A stretch of DNA of 50,348 nucleotides, taken from Candidatus Eiseniibacteriota bacterium (GTDB lineage Bacteria; Eisenbacteria; RBG-16-71-46; CAIMUX01; VGJL01). Shown here in pieces: positions 8,783 through 16,512 of this stretch (within the stretch, counting starts at the first letter, position 1; every line of letters starts with the position of its first letter). The translations under genes were made by a program, and so were the position numbers. The DNA is taken from assembly GCA_041946735.1 (NCBI GenBank), contig JBHGAY010000034.1, positions 1 to 50,348 of the forward strand, in the 5' to 3' direction. Below the pieces are notes generated by a model. The model saw nothing but the letters and a program-made list of their open reading frames with translations, ran no database searches and was not told where the DNA came from.

Positions 8783-10162
8783 TCACCATCCGATTGCCGT
8801 CAACCGCCTGCCGGTGGTTTCGCTAAACAGGCTATCACCCTTCCGGGGGCCATTCTTGATCTTCGCCAGAGAGATGTCGTCAGCTAGGAGCCTCTCCACC
8901 TCTGTGGCATTCGCGACGTCGTTGATAAGATGGAAGGTCTCGCGGACCGCCGAGTCAGCAAAGACGAAGGGAGAGAGCATCGGGCGAATCCGATCCGATA
9001 CCCCCCAGCAACGTCTCGGAGTCGCCTTGACGAGTTCCTCAAGGTGAGGTCGCACCGATTCTGGCACCTCCAAATGAAACGCTTCTGAGTTCATGCCGTT
9101 GACCCTAACCCCTAGCGGGGATGACCCGTGGATCGTGTTGCGCAGAGCAGCGACTGTCTTCATCAGCGCATCGTATCTCTCCACGACCGCGACAAGCGCC
9201 GTCCCCCCCGCACCCGCAAGAGCCCTACGATACTCGCCGTTCCGGAAGTTGCGCTGTGCCCTACCCTCCGGCGCCCTCAGTCCGTATGCTGCATAGGCTA
9301 TTCTCGCTCGCGCGTCGAGCGCGCCGCCAAGGAGAAGCATCAAGTAATCGAAGTGGTACTCTATGCGGGCTATCCCGCCATTGCTCCCCCCATAGTACTC
9401 AAAGGCGATCGCGTCACGAGCCTCCAATGCACGTTTTGCCCTCGTCAGGACCGCGCTCCCAAGACTCATCACCGCCCCTTCTCGCTCCCCGCCCGCATGC
9501 ACACAGGCGCTGTGGTACCGCCACAAGCCGTGAAGGATGAACCGCATCAGGATGAAGTGGTACCCGCCTTGAAACAGGTAGTGCGAGGTGACGTGATAGT
9601 TGTGTCGCCTTCTCAGAAGGAGACCAACGACTCTCGCCGCCGCCGAAGGCGGCATGATTGCAGCGTTACGAAAGACGAAGAAGCGAGACGCATTCCGTAA
9701 GATCCACGGATGTGCGGTGACAAAGATATCATTGTCCACCGCTCCGTGGGCGAGTACGATGGACACCTCTCGGAATGGCAGGCGGACCGCGTCGTCCTCG
9801 ACCTCAATGCCCGTTCGGAGACTACTGCCGTCTGGATAGTTGACGATGACCGGATAGCTATCGCCTAACCGCTCCGATGCGACTTCAATCTGCGGGAACT
9901 CACACGGAGAAGTCCCGAGGATCTCAACATCCTCCAACCCTGCCAGGTCAGTAAGGGCAGACAGCGCTTCCGCCTCCCAGAGGTTGAGGTTAGTGAACGA
10001 CTCGGTGTGAAGGGTCAGACGGATGGGCCGTCGCGACTCGGGGTGAAAGGGACTGGCTGGTTCAGTGCCCGGTTGAGGTGCCCATGGAATCGGGCGAATC
10101 GGCCAGACTGATCCGAAAGGGCCATCGAATCCGACAGCCAGCGCACTGATGTCTTCGGACAT
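8783..10162 (-). CDS. hypothetical protein with degenerate PIN-like N-terminal region and HEPN-like C-terminal region
   Basis: 459-aa ORF with GGAGGAG SD; LAHGAVDNDIFVT (PIN-like); YHFDYLMLLLGGALDARARI and LRNTIHG (HEPN-like, Cthe_2314-type pattern); domain calls by eye only. Confidence 0.6.
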   Translation of the reverse strand: MSEDISALAVGFDGPFGSVWPIRPIPWAPQPGTEPASPFHPESRRPIRLTLHTESFTNLNLWEAEALSALTDLAGLEDVEILGTSPCEFPQIEVASERLGDSYPVIVNYPDGSSLRTGIEVEDDAVRLPFREVSIVLAHGAVDNDIFVTAHPWILRNASRFFVFRNAAIMPPSAAARVVGLLLRRRHNYHVTSHYLFQGGYHFILMRFILHGLWRYHSACVHAGGEREGAVMSLGSAVLTRAKRALEARDAIAFEYYGGSNGGIARIEYHFDYLMLLLGGALDARARIAYAAYGLRAPEGRAQRNFRNGEYRRALAGAGGTALVAVVERYDALMKTVAALRNTIHGSSPLGVRVNGMNSEAFHLEVPESVRPHLEELVKATPRRCWGVSDRIRPMLSPFVFADSAVRETFHLINDVANATEVERLLADDISLAKIKNGPRKGDSLFSETTGRRLTAIGW

Positions 10163-10281
10163 GACTCCTCCGATGACTTGCGTTCAGCCGCATTCTGCAT
10201 CCTGGAGCAACAGCGGTGGAAGGGGAGCACGGCGGGCTTCGAGGGAAATATGGGAGTGCACGGTTTCTGTCCTGACTCTGC

Positions 10282-12171
10282 TCACCAATTGGAATCCCTT
10301 CTCCACCTCCATGAGTCAACCCAGCCGCCGGGCATGCCTACTCGCGGCCGGCGGACCACCCGCTTCTCCACTCGCTTCTCCTGTCCCTCGGACTCCGGCG
10401 GCGCCGGGGCCACCCTCCGCTTGAGCGAGCCCCAATGCGGCCGGAACAGGTACAGGGCCGCCAGGGCGTACACGCGGCAGTCGAGGGCCTCGTTGCGCGG
10501 CCGGGTCTTCACCCACTCCCGCTTCGGAAAGCCCCGGTGGTAGCGGGTCATGATCTTCTCCGCCGTCAGCTGCGCGAAGTACTCCGCCTCGTACTGGGGC
10601 TTCACCGGGAAGTGGCAGAAGCCGGGGCCACGCTCCTGGATCCGGAGCCGCGAGTAGATCAAAGCCTTCGCTTCGTCCACACCGACGATGAAGAGCTGCA
10701 CGGGGCGGCGGTTTCGACCACTTCGCTTCGGCAGAGGAGCGGACACGATCGGCCTCCCGGCGCCCGCCGCCCCCCGAATCGCGAAGATCCGCCTCGCGCT
10801 CCTGCCGCGGCAGAACTCGTAGACGGCCTGGGTGTGGTGACCGCCCGAGTCGATGCACGCGGCAGCAACCCGCAGCTTCGACCCGTTCTCGTGCTGGTAG
10901 CTCTGCTCGAGCTCCGCGGCCAGGTCGTCCCAGAGGTCCTGGCGCCCGGGGTCGCCCCAGAGGACCTTGTAGTCGACTCCCCAGCTCTCCTCCCCCGGGC
11001 CCCAGCCCACGATCTCCATCTCGATCCGGTCGTCCTGGATGTCGATGCCGGCCGTGAGGACAACGGCGTCCGCGGGGACCTCCGCGGCGTAGGTCTCGCG
11101 CCTGCCGAAGAGGGAGCCGTCGTCGAGCGTCTCGCCGTGTTCCTCCCAGGTCTCGGCCAGGACGGTGTTCATCCAGGTTTTTACGAGTTCATCGCCAGCG
11201 TGCTTGGCCTTGAGGAAGTCCGTTGCGGCATCGGCCCACGAGTACCAGCCCACCGGGCTGTAGAGCGAGGAGAGGTGGTAGCCTCGAAGACCCCGCTTGC
11301 CCTCCGCGGTTGGCACCCACCGGCCCTGCTCGAGCATGCGGGTCTTCTGGTGCTCGGGGATCTCACCCGTGCAGCCCTCGCAGACCATCTGGGCCTTCTC
11401 GGGCTCGCCGGCGGGCCAGCAGATCTGCGCCCAGCGAATCGGCTGGTAGAGGCCGCAATGGGGACACGGCACGTGGTAGTACCGCTGGTCCGTCTGCTCG
11501 AAGGCCGCCTCGATCCGGGAGAGACCCTTGACGGTCGGCGTCGACACCAGAAACACCTTCCGGTTCGCGGAGAACGTCGAGGTCCTCTTCCGTGCCAGCT
11601 CGACCGGATCCCCTTCGCCGTCGACATCGAACGGGTAGCCGTCGATCTCGTCCAAGAACAGGTACCGCGCCGGCATGGAGCGCAAGCCTACGGCGCTGTT
11701 CGCTCCCGTGAGGATCAGGATCCCGCCGGGAAACTCCTTCGCCAGGATCGTGTTGCCGCTGTCCCGGCTGCGGGGCTCCTCCACCCTCTCCCGCAGCGGC
11801 GGGCAGGCTTCGATCATCGGGGCGATGCGCTGACGCGAGACGCGCTTGGCCATCTCCACCGTGGGCTGAACATAGAGCATCGGGCCGGGCGCGTGGTGGA
11901 TCACGAAACCGAGGAAGTTGTTCCCGCACTCCGTGGCTCCGACCTGAGCTCCTTTCATGAAGACCACCATCTCGGTGTCGGACGATGGCGAGAGCGCATC
12001 CATGATTTCCCGCAAGTACGGCGTGCGCTCGGTCCTCCACGGGCCGGGCTCCGCGGTCGCACGACCCGACAGCACGCGGTACTGCTCCGCCCATTCGCTG
12101 ATCGTCAGTTCCGGCTCGGGCTCCAGGCCCGCCGCCCACGCCTCGGCACAGAGGCTCCGGAAATCACTCAT
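10282..12171 (-). CDS. phage terminase large subunit, lambda GpA family
   Basis: TISEWAEQYR, RTPYLREIMD, KGAQVGATE Walker A variant, LFLDEIDGY Walker B, VSTPT, CPHC..CEGC, GIDIQDDR nuclease, IDSGG, RNEALDC. Confidence 0.97.
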   Translation of the reverse strand: MSDFRSLCAEAWAAGLEPEPELTISEWAEQYRVLSGRATAEPGPWRTERTPYLREIMDALSPSSDTEMVVFMKGAQVGATECGNNFLGFVIHHAPGPMLYVQPTVEMAKRVSRQRIAPMIEACPPLRERVEEPRSRDSGNTILAKEFPGGILILTGANSAVGLRSMPARYLFLDEIDGYPFDVDGEGDPVELARKRTSTFSANRKVFLVSTPTVKGLSRIEAAFEQTDQRYYHVPCPHCGLYQPIRWAQICWPAGEPEKAQMVCEGCTGEIPEHQKTRMLEQGRWVPTAEGKRGLRGYHLSSLYSPVGWYSWADAATDFLKAKHAGDELVKTWMNTVLAETWEEHGETLDDGSLFGRRETYAAEVPADAVVLTAGIDIQDDRIEMEIVGWGPGEESWGVDYKVLWGDPGRQDLWDDLAAELEQSYQHENGSKLRVAAACIDSGGHHTQAVYEFCRGRSARRIFAIRGAAGAGRPIVSAPLPKRSGRNRRPVQLFIVGVDEAKALIYSRLRIQERGPGFCHFPVKPQYEAEYFAQLTAEKIMTRYHRGFPKREWVKTRPRNEALDCRVYALAALYLFRPHWGSLKRRVAPAPPESEGQEKRVEKRVVRRPRVGMPGGWVDSWRWRRDSNW

Positions 12172-12673
12172 GGCCCAAGACCTCGAGCGCCTTCCGGACC
12201 TCTTCGGAGAGGATCCTCTCGATCACGCGCGCATCGGTCTCTGCGGCCAGCCGTGCTGCGTTTCTCCGGGGGATCGCCATCATGCGGTCTCGGACCTGGC
12301 GGGCCTTCCGGAAGATCTCGACCTTCACCTGGTCGGCGCTCACAAGGCTGGCGCTCTTCTCCTCGAACTCGAGGCGCGCGAGACGCGCAGCGTAGAGCTC
12401 GCGGACCGCTCGTGCCTGGGCATAGCTCGGTCCCCCGCTGAGCTCGGTCGGTAGGGTCTGCGCCTTCTGACCAGCGGCCATCGCCGCACGCCGCGCCGGG
12501 CTCGTCCGCTTCTCCCACTCGGCGTCCGCTTCCTGCGCGTCGATCTTCCCTTGCGCGTTCTTGTGAATCCGCCCGGACTTCAGAGCCTTCTGAACGGCCC
12601 AGGGCGTGTGGCCCGGGAGGCCCTTCCCCCGCCGGTGCTCGGCGTAGGCGCGGATGCTAAGACTCTCGCCCAC
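12164..12673 (-). CDS. putative terminase small subunit
   Basis: N-terminal HTH-like SIRAYA...AVQKALKSGRI and YAQARAVRELYAARLARLEFEEK helix typical of GpA-associated TerS; overlaps the terL start; GTG start at 12673 chosen on SD, the ORF track starts at 12718. Confidence 0.8.
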   Translation of the reverse strand: MGESLSIRAYAEHRRGKGLPGHTPWAVQKALKSGRIHKNAQGKIDAQEADAEWEKRTSPARRAAMAAGQKAQTLPTELSGGPSYAQARAVRELYAARLARLEFEEKSASLVSADQVKVEIFRKARQVRDRMMAIPRRNAARLAAETDARVIERILSEEVRKALEVLGHE

Positions 12674-12845
12674 GGGTAGGCGCCCCTCTGAAGCCGCTCG
12701 GTTGAGCGGTACATGCACGGCCCGGACTTGCGTGGACTGCGCGAGTTGTCGCCGTGCAGATTCTCAGTCGATTTGCCTTGATCCCTCGGCGCGAAAGCTC
12801 GCTCCTGTGCTCGCCGGGCGGAAGGCCCGGATGGGAGGCAAGACG

Positions 12846-13079
12846 ATGACGACACGAAACCCCAACCCTAAGGCGATGCGGAAGGCGGCCGAGGCCGCAG
12901 GCCTCCTCGCCCGAGCCGCGAAGCTGCTGCGCGAGGCCGCGGATCTCTCTGGCGCCTCGGCCGCGAGCGGGCGCTACGACTTCCTGCACTGGTCCTCGGA
13001 GATCGAGGATCTGCTCTCGACCGACCACGGCGAGACGGGGATCGGACCGACGCTGCAGAAGATGGCCGGGAGGAGCTGA
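12846..13079 (+). CDS. small hypothetical phage protein (77 aa)
   Basis: GGGAGG SD before ATG 12846; first of a tightly spaced + strand run. Confidence 0.65.
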   Translation: MTTRNPNPKAMRKAAEAAGLLARAAKLLREAADLSGASAASGRYDFLHWSSEIEDLLSTDHGETGIGPTLQKMAGRS

Positions 13080-13082
13080 GCG

Positions 13083-13466
13083 ATGATGCGACACACGGAG
13101 ATCGAGGCTCGCCGGTACCGCGCGACCGCTCGCGTCCACGACCGTCTCGGCGACATCTTCGCCGCGCAGGTCAACACGCGCGATGCGATGTCGGCGCATG
13201 GCACCGCCGAGCGCTGTCGGCAACACGCTGCGGAAGCGGAGCAGGCCAGCCCGCCGATGCGGTTCCGGTGCCACGACGCCGGGCGCGCGATCCGCTACTA
13301 CGCCTGCGCTCTCAACGACGACGGACGGATCGGCCTGCTTCTCGTGCACCGCGAGAACGGGTGGCACACCCAGAACTGGACCGGCGAGACCTTCCCGAAC
13401 ACCGCCAAGGGGATGCGGGAAGCCGAGCGGGTCATGATCGAGCGCAACTGCCCGAAGGAGAACTGA
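13083..13466 (+). CDS. hypothetical phage protein (127 aa)
   Basis: AGGAG SD, 3 bp after the previous stop, G/C-ending codons. Confidence 0.65.
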   Translation: MMRHTEIEARRYRATARVHDRLGDIFAAQVNTRDAMSAHGTAERCRQHAAEAEQASPPMRFRCHDAGRAIRYYACALNDDGRIGLLLVHRENGWHTQNWTGETFPNTAKGMREAERVMIERNCPKEN

Positions 13467-13495
13467 ACCGCGGCCACGCGCTGCAGAAAGGATCG
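13466..13495 (+). repeat. intergenic hairpin plus SD repeat, copy 1
   Basis: AACCGCGGCCACGCGCTGCAGAAAGGATCG, 27/30 identical to 13910-13939. Confidence 0.85.
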
Positions 13496-13499
13496 CACG

Positions 13500-13904
13500 A
13501 TGGCTACCACGAAGAAGAGCCCGAGGACGATCACCGGGGAGCAGATCCGCGACCTGATGGCCGCATGCCCCTCGGCGCGCAACGACCCCCGCGTACGGGT
13601 CATGACCGACCTCGCGAACGAGCACCGCACCTACACGGAGAAACTCGAGTGGCTCGCCAGGAAGTTGCAGGAGGAGGTCCAGCGGAATGGGGAGTGGGGC
13701 TTGGACGGCGTCAGCGAGACGGTGATGCAGACGAGCCTGATCCCCGACGTCGCCAACCACGCCGCGAAGATCCGGGCGCTTCTCCACGTGCTCGAGACGA
13801 CGTGCCGCGCCGCGGACGACCCCGAGGCGACGGCGGTGGACGCCCTGATCCGGACCCTGGACCGGAGCTTGGAGACCCCGGGCGCCGAGATCGAGACGCT
13901 CTAG
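13500..13904 (+). CDS. hypothetical phage protein (134 aa, helical)
   Basis: AAAGGA SD, G/C-ending codons. Confidence 0.7.
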   Translation: MATTKKSPRTITGEQIRDLMAACPSARNDPRVRVMTDLANEHRTYTEKLEWLARKLQEEVQRNGEWGLDGVSETVMQTSLIPDVANHAAKIRALLHVLETTCRAADDPEATAVDALIRTLDRSLETPGAEIETL

Positions 13905-13909
13905 ATCGC

Positions 13910-13939
13910 AACCGCGGCCATGCGCCGCAGAAAGGACCG
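13910..13939 (+). repeat. intergenic hairpin plus SD repeat, copy 2
   Basis: AACCGCGGCCATGCGCCGCAGAAAGGACCG. Confidence 0.85.
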
Positions 13940-13943
13940 AACC

Positions 13944-14405
13944 ATGCGCAGCAAGACCGCCACGAAGAAGGCAACCACGTCGAAGGCCCCGCGCATTACG
14001 AACGCCCGGAAGCGCGCGCTCCAAGACGCGGACGACATCGCCGAGGCCCGCGCCGAGGAGGCCCAACAGGCCGCCGCAGTCCACGTCCCCGCGGAGATCG
14101 CGAACGAGGCCGAGAAGGTCTTCGCCGCCCGGCGCGCGAAGACGAAGAAGGCCATCACCGGCACGCCGCCGGACGCGCCGGACGCCGACAAGATCGAGGC
14201 GCAGCCGATCACGGAGGCCCCGACACCCGTACCCCCCGAGGAGGAGGTCTGCGTGTTCGCCTTCCGCCTCACGAAGGCCGAGCGGGACACGATCCACGCG
14301 GCGGCGGGAAGGGCGAAGGCCTCCCGGTTCGTGCGCACCGTCTCCCTCGCCGCCGCCCAGGGCGACGTTGAGCGGATCCGCGAGATCATCGAGAAGGGGT
14401 GCTGA
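13944..14405 (+). CDS. hypothetical protein with C-terminal ribbon-helix-helix-like DNA-binding domain
   Basis: AAAGGA SD before ATG 13944; low-complexity N-terminus then VFAFRLTKAERDTIHAAAG..ASRFVR (strand-helix-helix). Confidence 0.65.
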   Translation: MRSKTATKKATTSKAPRITNARKRALQDADDIAEARAEEAQQAAAVHVPAEIANEAEKVFAARRAKTKKAITGTPPDAPDADKIEAQPITEAPTPVPPEEEVCVFAFRLTKAERDTIHAAAGRAKASRFVRTVSLAAAQGDVERIREIIEKGC

Positions 14406-14408
14406 GCC

Positions 14409-14654
14409 ATGCGGACGACCCTCGAACGGTTCGCGGTCACGACCGCCGACGGACGGTTCTGGCACGGAACGTCGACCCAGAACGGCACGACGCGCCGGTT
14501 CGGGAGCCTGGAGGACGCCCGCCTCTTCTCCATGCGAGAGGAGGCGGAGTGGATCGCCGGGAACCTGAACGCCCAGCCCTCCGACCAGCAGGTCGGCGTG
14601 GTCCGGGTACGCATCACCATGGAGATCCTCGACGGCCCGATGATCCCGGCCTAG
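14409..14654 (+). CDS. small hypothetical phage protein (81 aa)
   Basis: 3 bp after the previous stop, AAGGGG SD, followed by a hairpin. Confidence 0.6.
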   Translation: MRTTLERFAVTTADGRFWHGTSTQNGTTRRFGSLEDARLFSMREEAEWIAGNLNAQPSDQQVGVVRVRITMEILDGPMIPA

Positions 14655-14678
14655 GCGGCGGTCCTGCCCGCCCGGGGC

Positions 14679-14700
14679 CCCCCGCGAGCCATCGCGGGGG
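14679..14700. terminator. GC hairpin between convergent genes, probable terminator
   Basis: CCCCCGCGA-GCCA-TCGCGGGGG perfect 9-bp stem between stop codons at 14654 and 14728. Confidence 0.55.
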
Positions 14701-14727
14701 TCTCTCGTTGCGCCACACGCCACTCCG

Positions 14728-16248
14728 CTACTCCTCCCGCCGCGCCGGCGTCCCGGTGAACGCCTCGAAGCGCTTCACGATCACGTCGCAGTAGGCCGGA
14801 TCGATCTCCATCAGGAATGCCCGCCTGCCTGTCTGCTGCGCCCCGATCAGCGTGCTGCCGCTTCCCCCGAAGAGGTCGAGCACGTTCTCGCCCGGACGGC
14901 TCGAGTAGGTCATCGCCCGCACCGCCAGCTCGACCGGCTTCTCGGTCAGGTGCACCATGCTCTGCGGATTGATCTTCTTCACGACCCAGACGTCGGTCGC
15001 GTTGTGGATATCGGGCTGGAAGTAGTGGGCGGCGCCCTCGCGCCACCCGTAGAACGCCCACTCGTGATTGCCCATGTAATCCTTCCGGGTCAGAACGGGA
15101 TGCTCCTTGACCCAGATGATCGACTGGCTGAAGTAGAGCCCGGTGGCCTTCAAGACCGGCGGGTAGTTGGCGCAGTTCGCGTAGCCGCCCCAGATGTAGA
15201 AGGCACGGCCGGGCAGCAATACCCGCGAGATGTTCCCGAACCACGCGAGGAGCATCTGGTCGAAGGCCTCGTCCGAAACGAAGTCGTTCTCGAGCGGGCG
15301 GTCCTTGGCGCGCATCTTCCCGGTCGGCTTCGCCTTCTCCGGGTGCCTCGCCAGGTCCAGGCTCTGGTGATGCTTGCTCCCACGGGTCTTCGACGCGGCC
15401 GCGGGGAACGACGACAGGCCGGCGGCGACCGCGTTGTTCGACCGCGGCTCCACACGGACGTTGTAGGGCGGGTCGGTGTTGACCAGGTGGATCCTCTCCC
15501 CCGCCAGCAAACGGTCCACGTCCTCGGGCTTTCCCGAGTCGCCGCAGAGGAGACGGTGGTCCCCGAGGATCCACAGGTCCCCGGGGCGGGTCACCGGATC
15601 ATCGGGAGGCTCGGGGACGAGGTCGGGATCGACCTCACCGATCTCGCCGTGGATCTCCGCTCCCAGGAAGGCCTCCAGCTCCTCGTTGGAGAAGCCGAGG
15701 ACAGGCAGCTCAAAGTCGTCGTCGAGGAGAGCGCGGAGCTCCTCGGTCAGAAGGGTCTTGTCCCAGCTCGCCCGCTCGGCCAGGCGGTTGTCGGCGATCA
15801 CGTAGGCACGCCGCTGGATGGGCGTGAGGTGGTCGAGGACGAGGACGGGGACCTGCTCGAGGCCGAGGCGCCGCGCCGCGAGGAGGCGGCCGTGGCCGGC
15901 GATGATCCCCGCTTCGGTGTCAACGAGGATCGGGTTGAGAAAACCGAATTCGACGATCGAGGCGGCGATCTCGTCCACTTGGTCCTCGGAGTGCATGCGG
16001 GGGTTCCGCTGGTAGGGGCGTAGGCGATCCAGAGGCCACAGGGCGATCCGTCGGGAGGACGGCCCGTGGAGTTGCCGCCGTGGGGCCACACGGTGGCCCG
16101 TGTCCGCGCCCTCGGCCGGGGGGGCGTCTGTGCTACCACCCGCCTCGGGATCCGCGGACACTGGCGCCCCGTCGCGCTCCTGGGCCGCGTCGTTCCAGGC
16201 CGAGGAGAGGAGGGGGGCCTTACGCTTCCGTGCCACTGTGCTACTCAT
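14728..16248 (-). CDS. ParB N-terminal domain fused to N6-adenine/N4-cytosine DNA methyltransferase
   Basis: LRPYQRNPR, SIVEFGFLNPIL, IIAGHGR, IADNRL (ParB/Srx); HRLLCGDS, TDPPY, HLTEKP, DLFGGSGST, EIDPAY (beta-class MTase). Confidence 0.93.
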   Translation of the reverse strand: MSSTVARKRKAPLLSSAWNDAAQERDGAPVSADPEAGGSTDAPPAEGADTGHRVAPRRQLHGPSSRRIALWPLDRLRPYQRNPRMHSEDQVDEIAASIVEFGFLNPILVDTEAGIIAGHGRLLAARRLGLEQVPVLVLDHLTPIQRRAYVIADNRLAERASWDKTLLTEELRALLDDDFELPVLGFSNEELEAFLGAEIHGEIGEVDPDLVPEPPDDPVTRPGDLWILGDHRLLCGDSGKPEDVDRLLAGERIHLVNTDPPYNVRVEPRSNNAVAAGLSSFPAAASKTRGSKHHQSLDLARHPEKAKPTGKMRAKDRPLENDFVSDEAFDQMLLAWFGNISRVLLPGRAFYIWGGYANCANYPPVLKATGLYFSQSIIWVKEHPVLTRKDYMGNHEWAFYGWREGAAHYFQPDIHNATDVWVVKKINPQSMVHLTEKPVELAVRAMTYSSRPGENVLDLFGGSGSTLIGAQQTGRRAFLMEIDPAYCDVIVKRFEAFTGTPARREE

Positions 16249-16262
16249 TGTTTCTCCTATCG

Positions 16263-16317
16263 CTAGCGAAATCTCGGGCGGGCGCGCCCTCCGTTAACGA
16301 TCCGCCAGGAAGTACCT
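16263..16317 (-). other. putative lambda-like cos packaging site
   Basis: minus strand AGGTACT-TCCTGGCGGATCGTTAACG-GAGGGCGCGCCC-GCCCGAGATTTCGCTA resembles lambda cosQ/cosN as recalled; lies upstream of the GpA-type terminase operon. Confidence 0.6.
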
Positions 16318-16388
16318 ACGCCGCTTATACTTAGCCGTTTTGTATTGTTAGCATCGTGCATGTTCTACAGCAGCCACGGTTCTTCTCT

Positions 16389-16508
16389 GTGGGTTTCATG
16401 GGTTTGGTGGGTTTGTTTTGCCCCATTCCTATTTGATACATTGTCTATTTATTCCTCTGTTTCATTCTCGCGTAGAAAGAAACAAACCCACTAAACCAAC
16501 AAACCCAC
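16389..16508. other. putative replication origin: convergent GGGTTT iterons around an AT-rich core
   Basis: left arm GTGGGTTTCATGGGTTTGGTGGGTTTGTTT (16389-16418), right arm AAACAAACCCACTAAACCAACAAACCCAC (16480-16508), 61-bp AT-rich spacer, right after the primase stop codon. Confidence 0.7.
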
Positions 16509-16512
16509 GGGG

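Noticed and set aside
10435..12441. 668-aa + strand ORF opposite terL
   Set aside because: Antisense shadow of a high-GC gene; no motifs
13466..13939. CRISPR interpretation of the 30-bp repeat
   Set aside because: Only two copies, separated by a whole gene; no cas genes or regular array seen anywhere in the window
12657..14723. 688-aa minus strand ORF spanning the five small genes
   Set aside because: Arg/Gly/Leu-rich shadow frame; the + strand ORFs have SDs, coupling and proper codon bias
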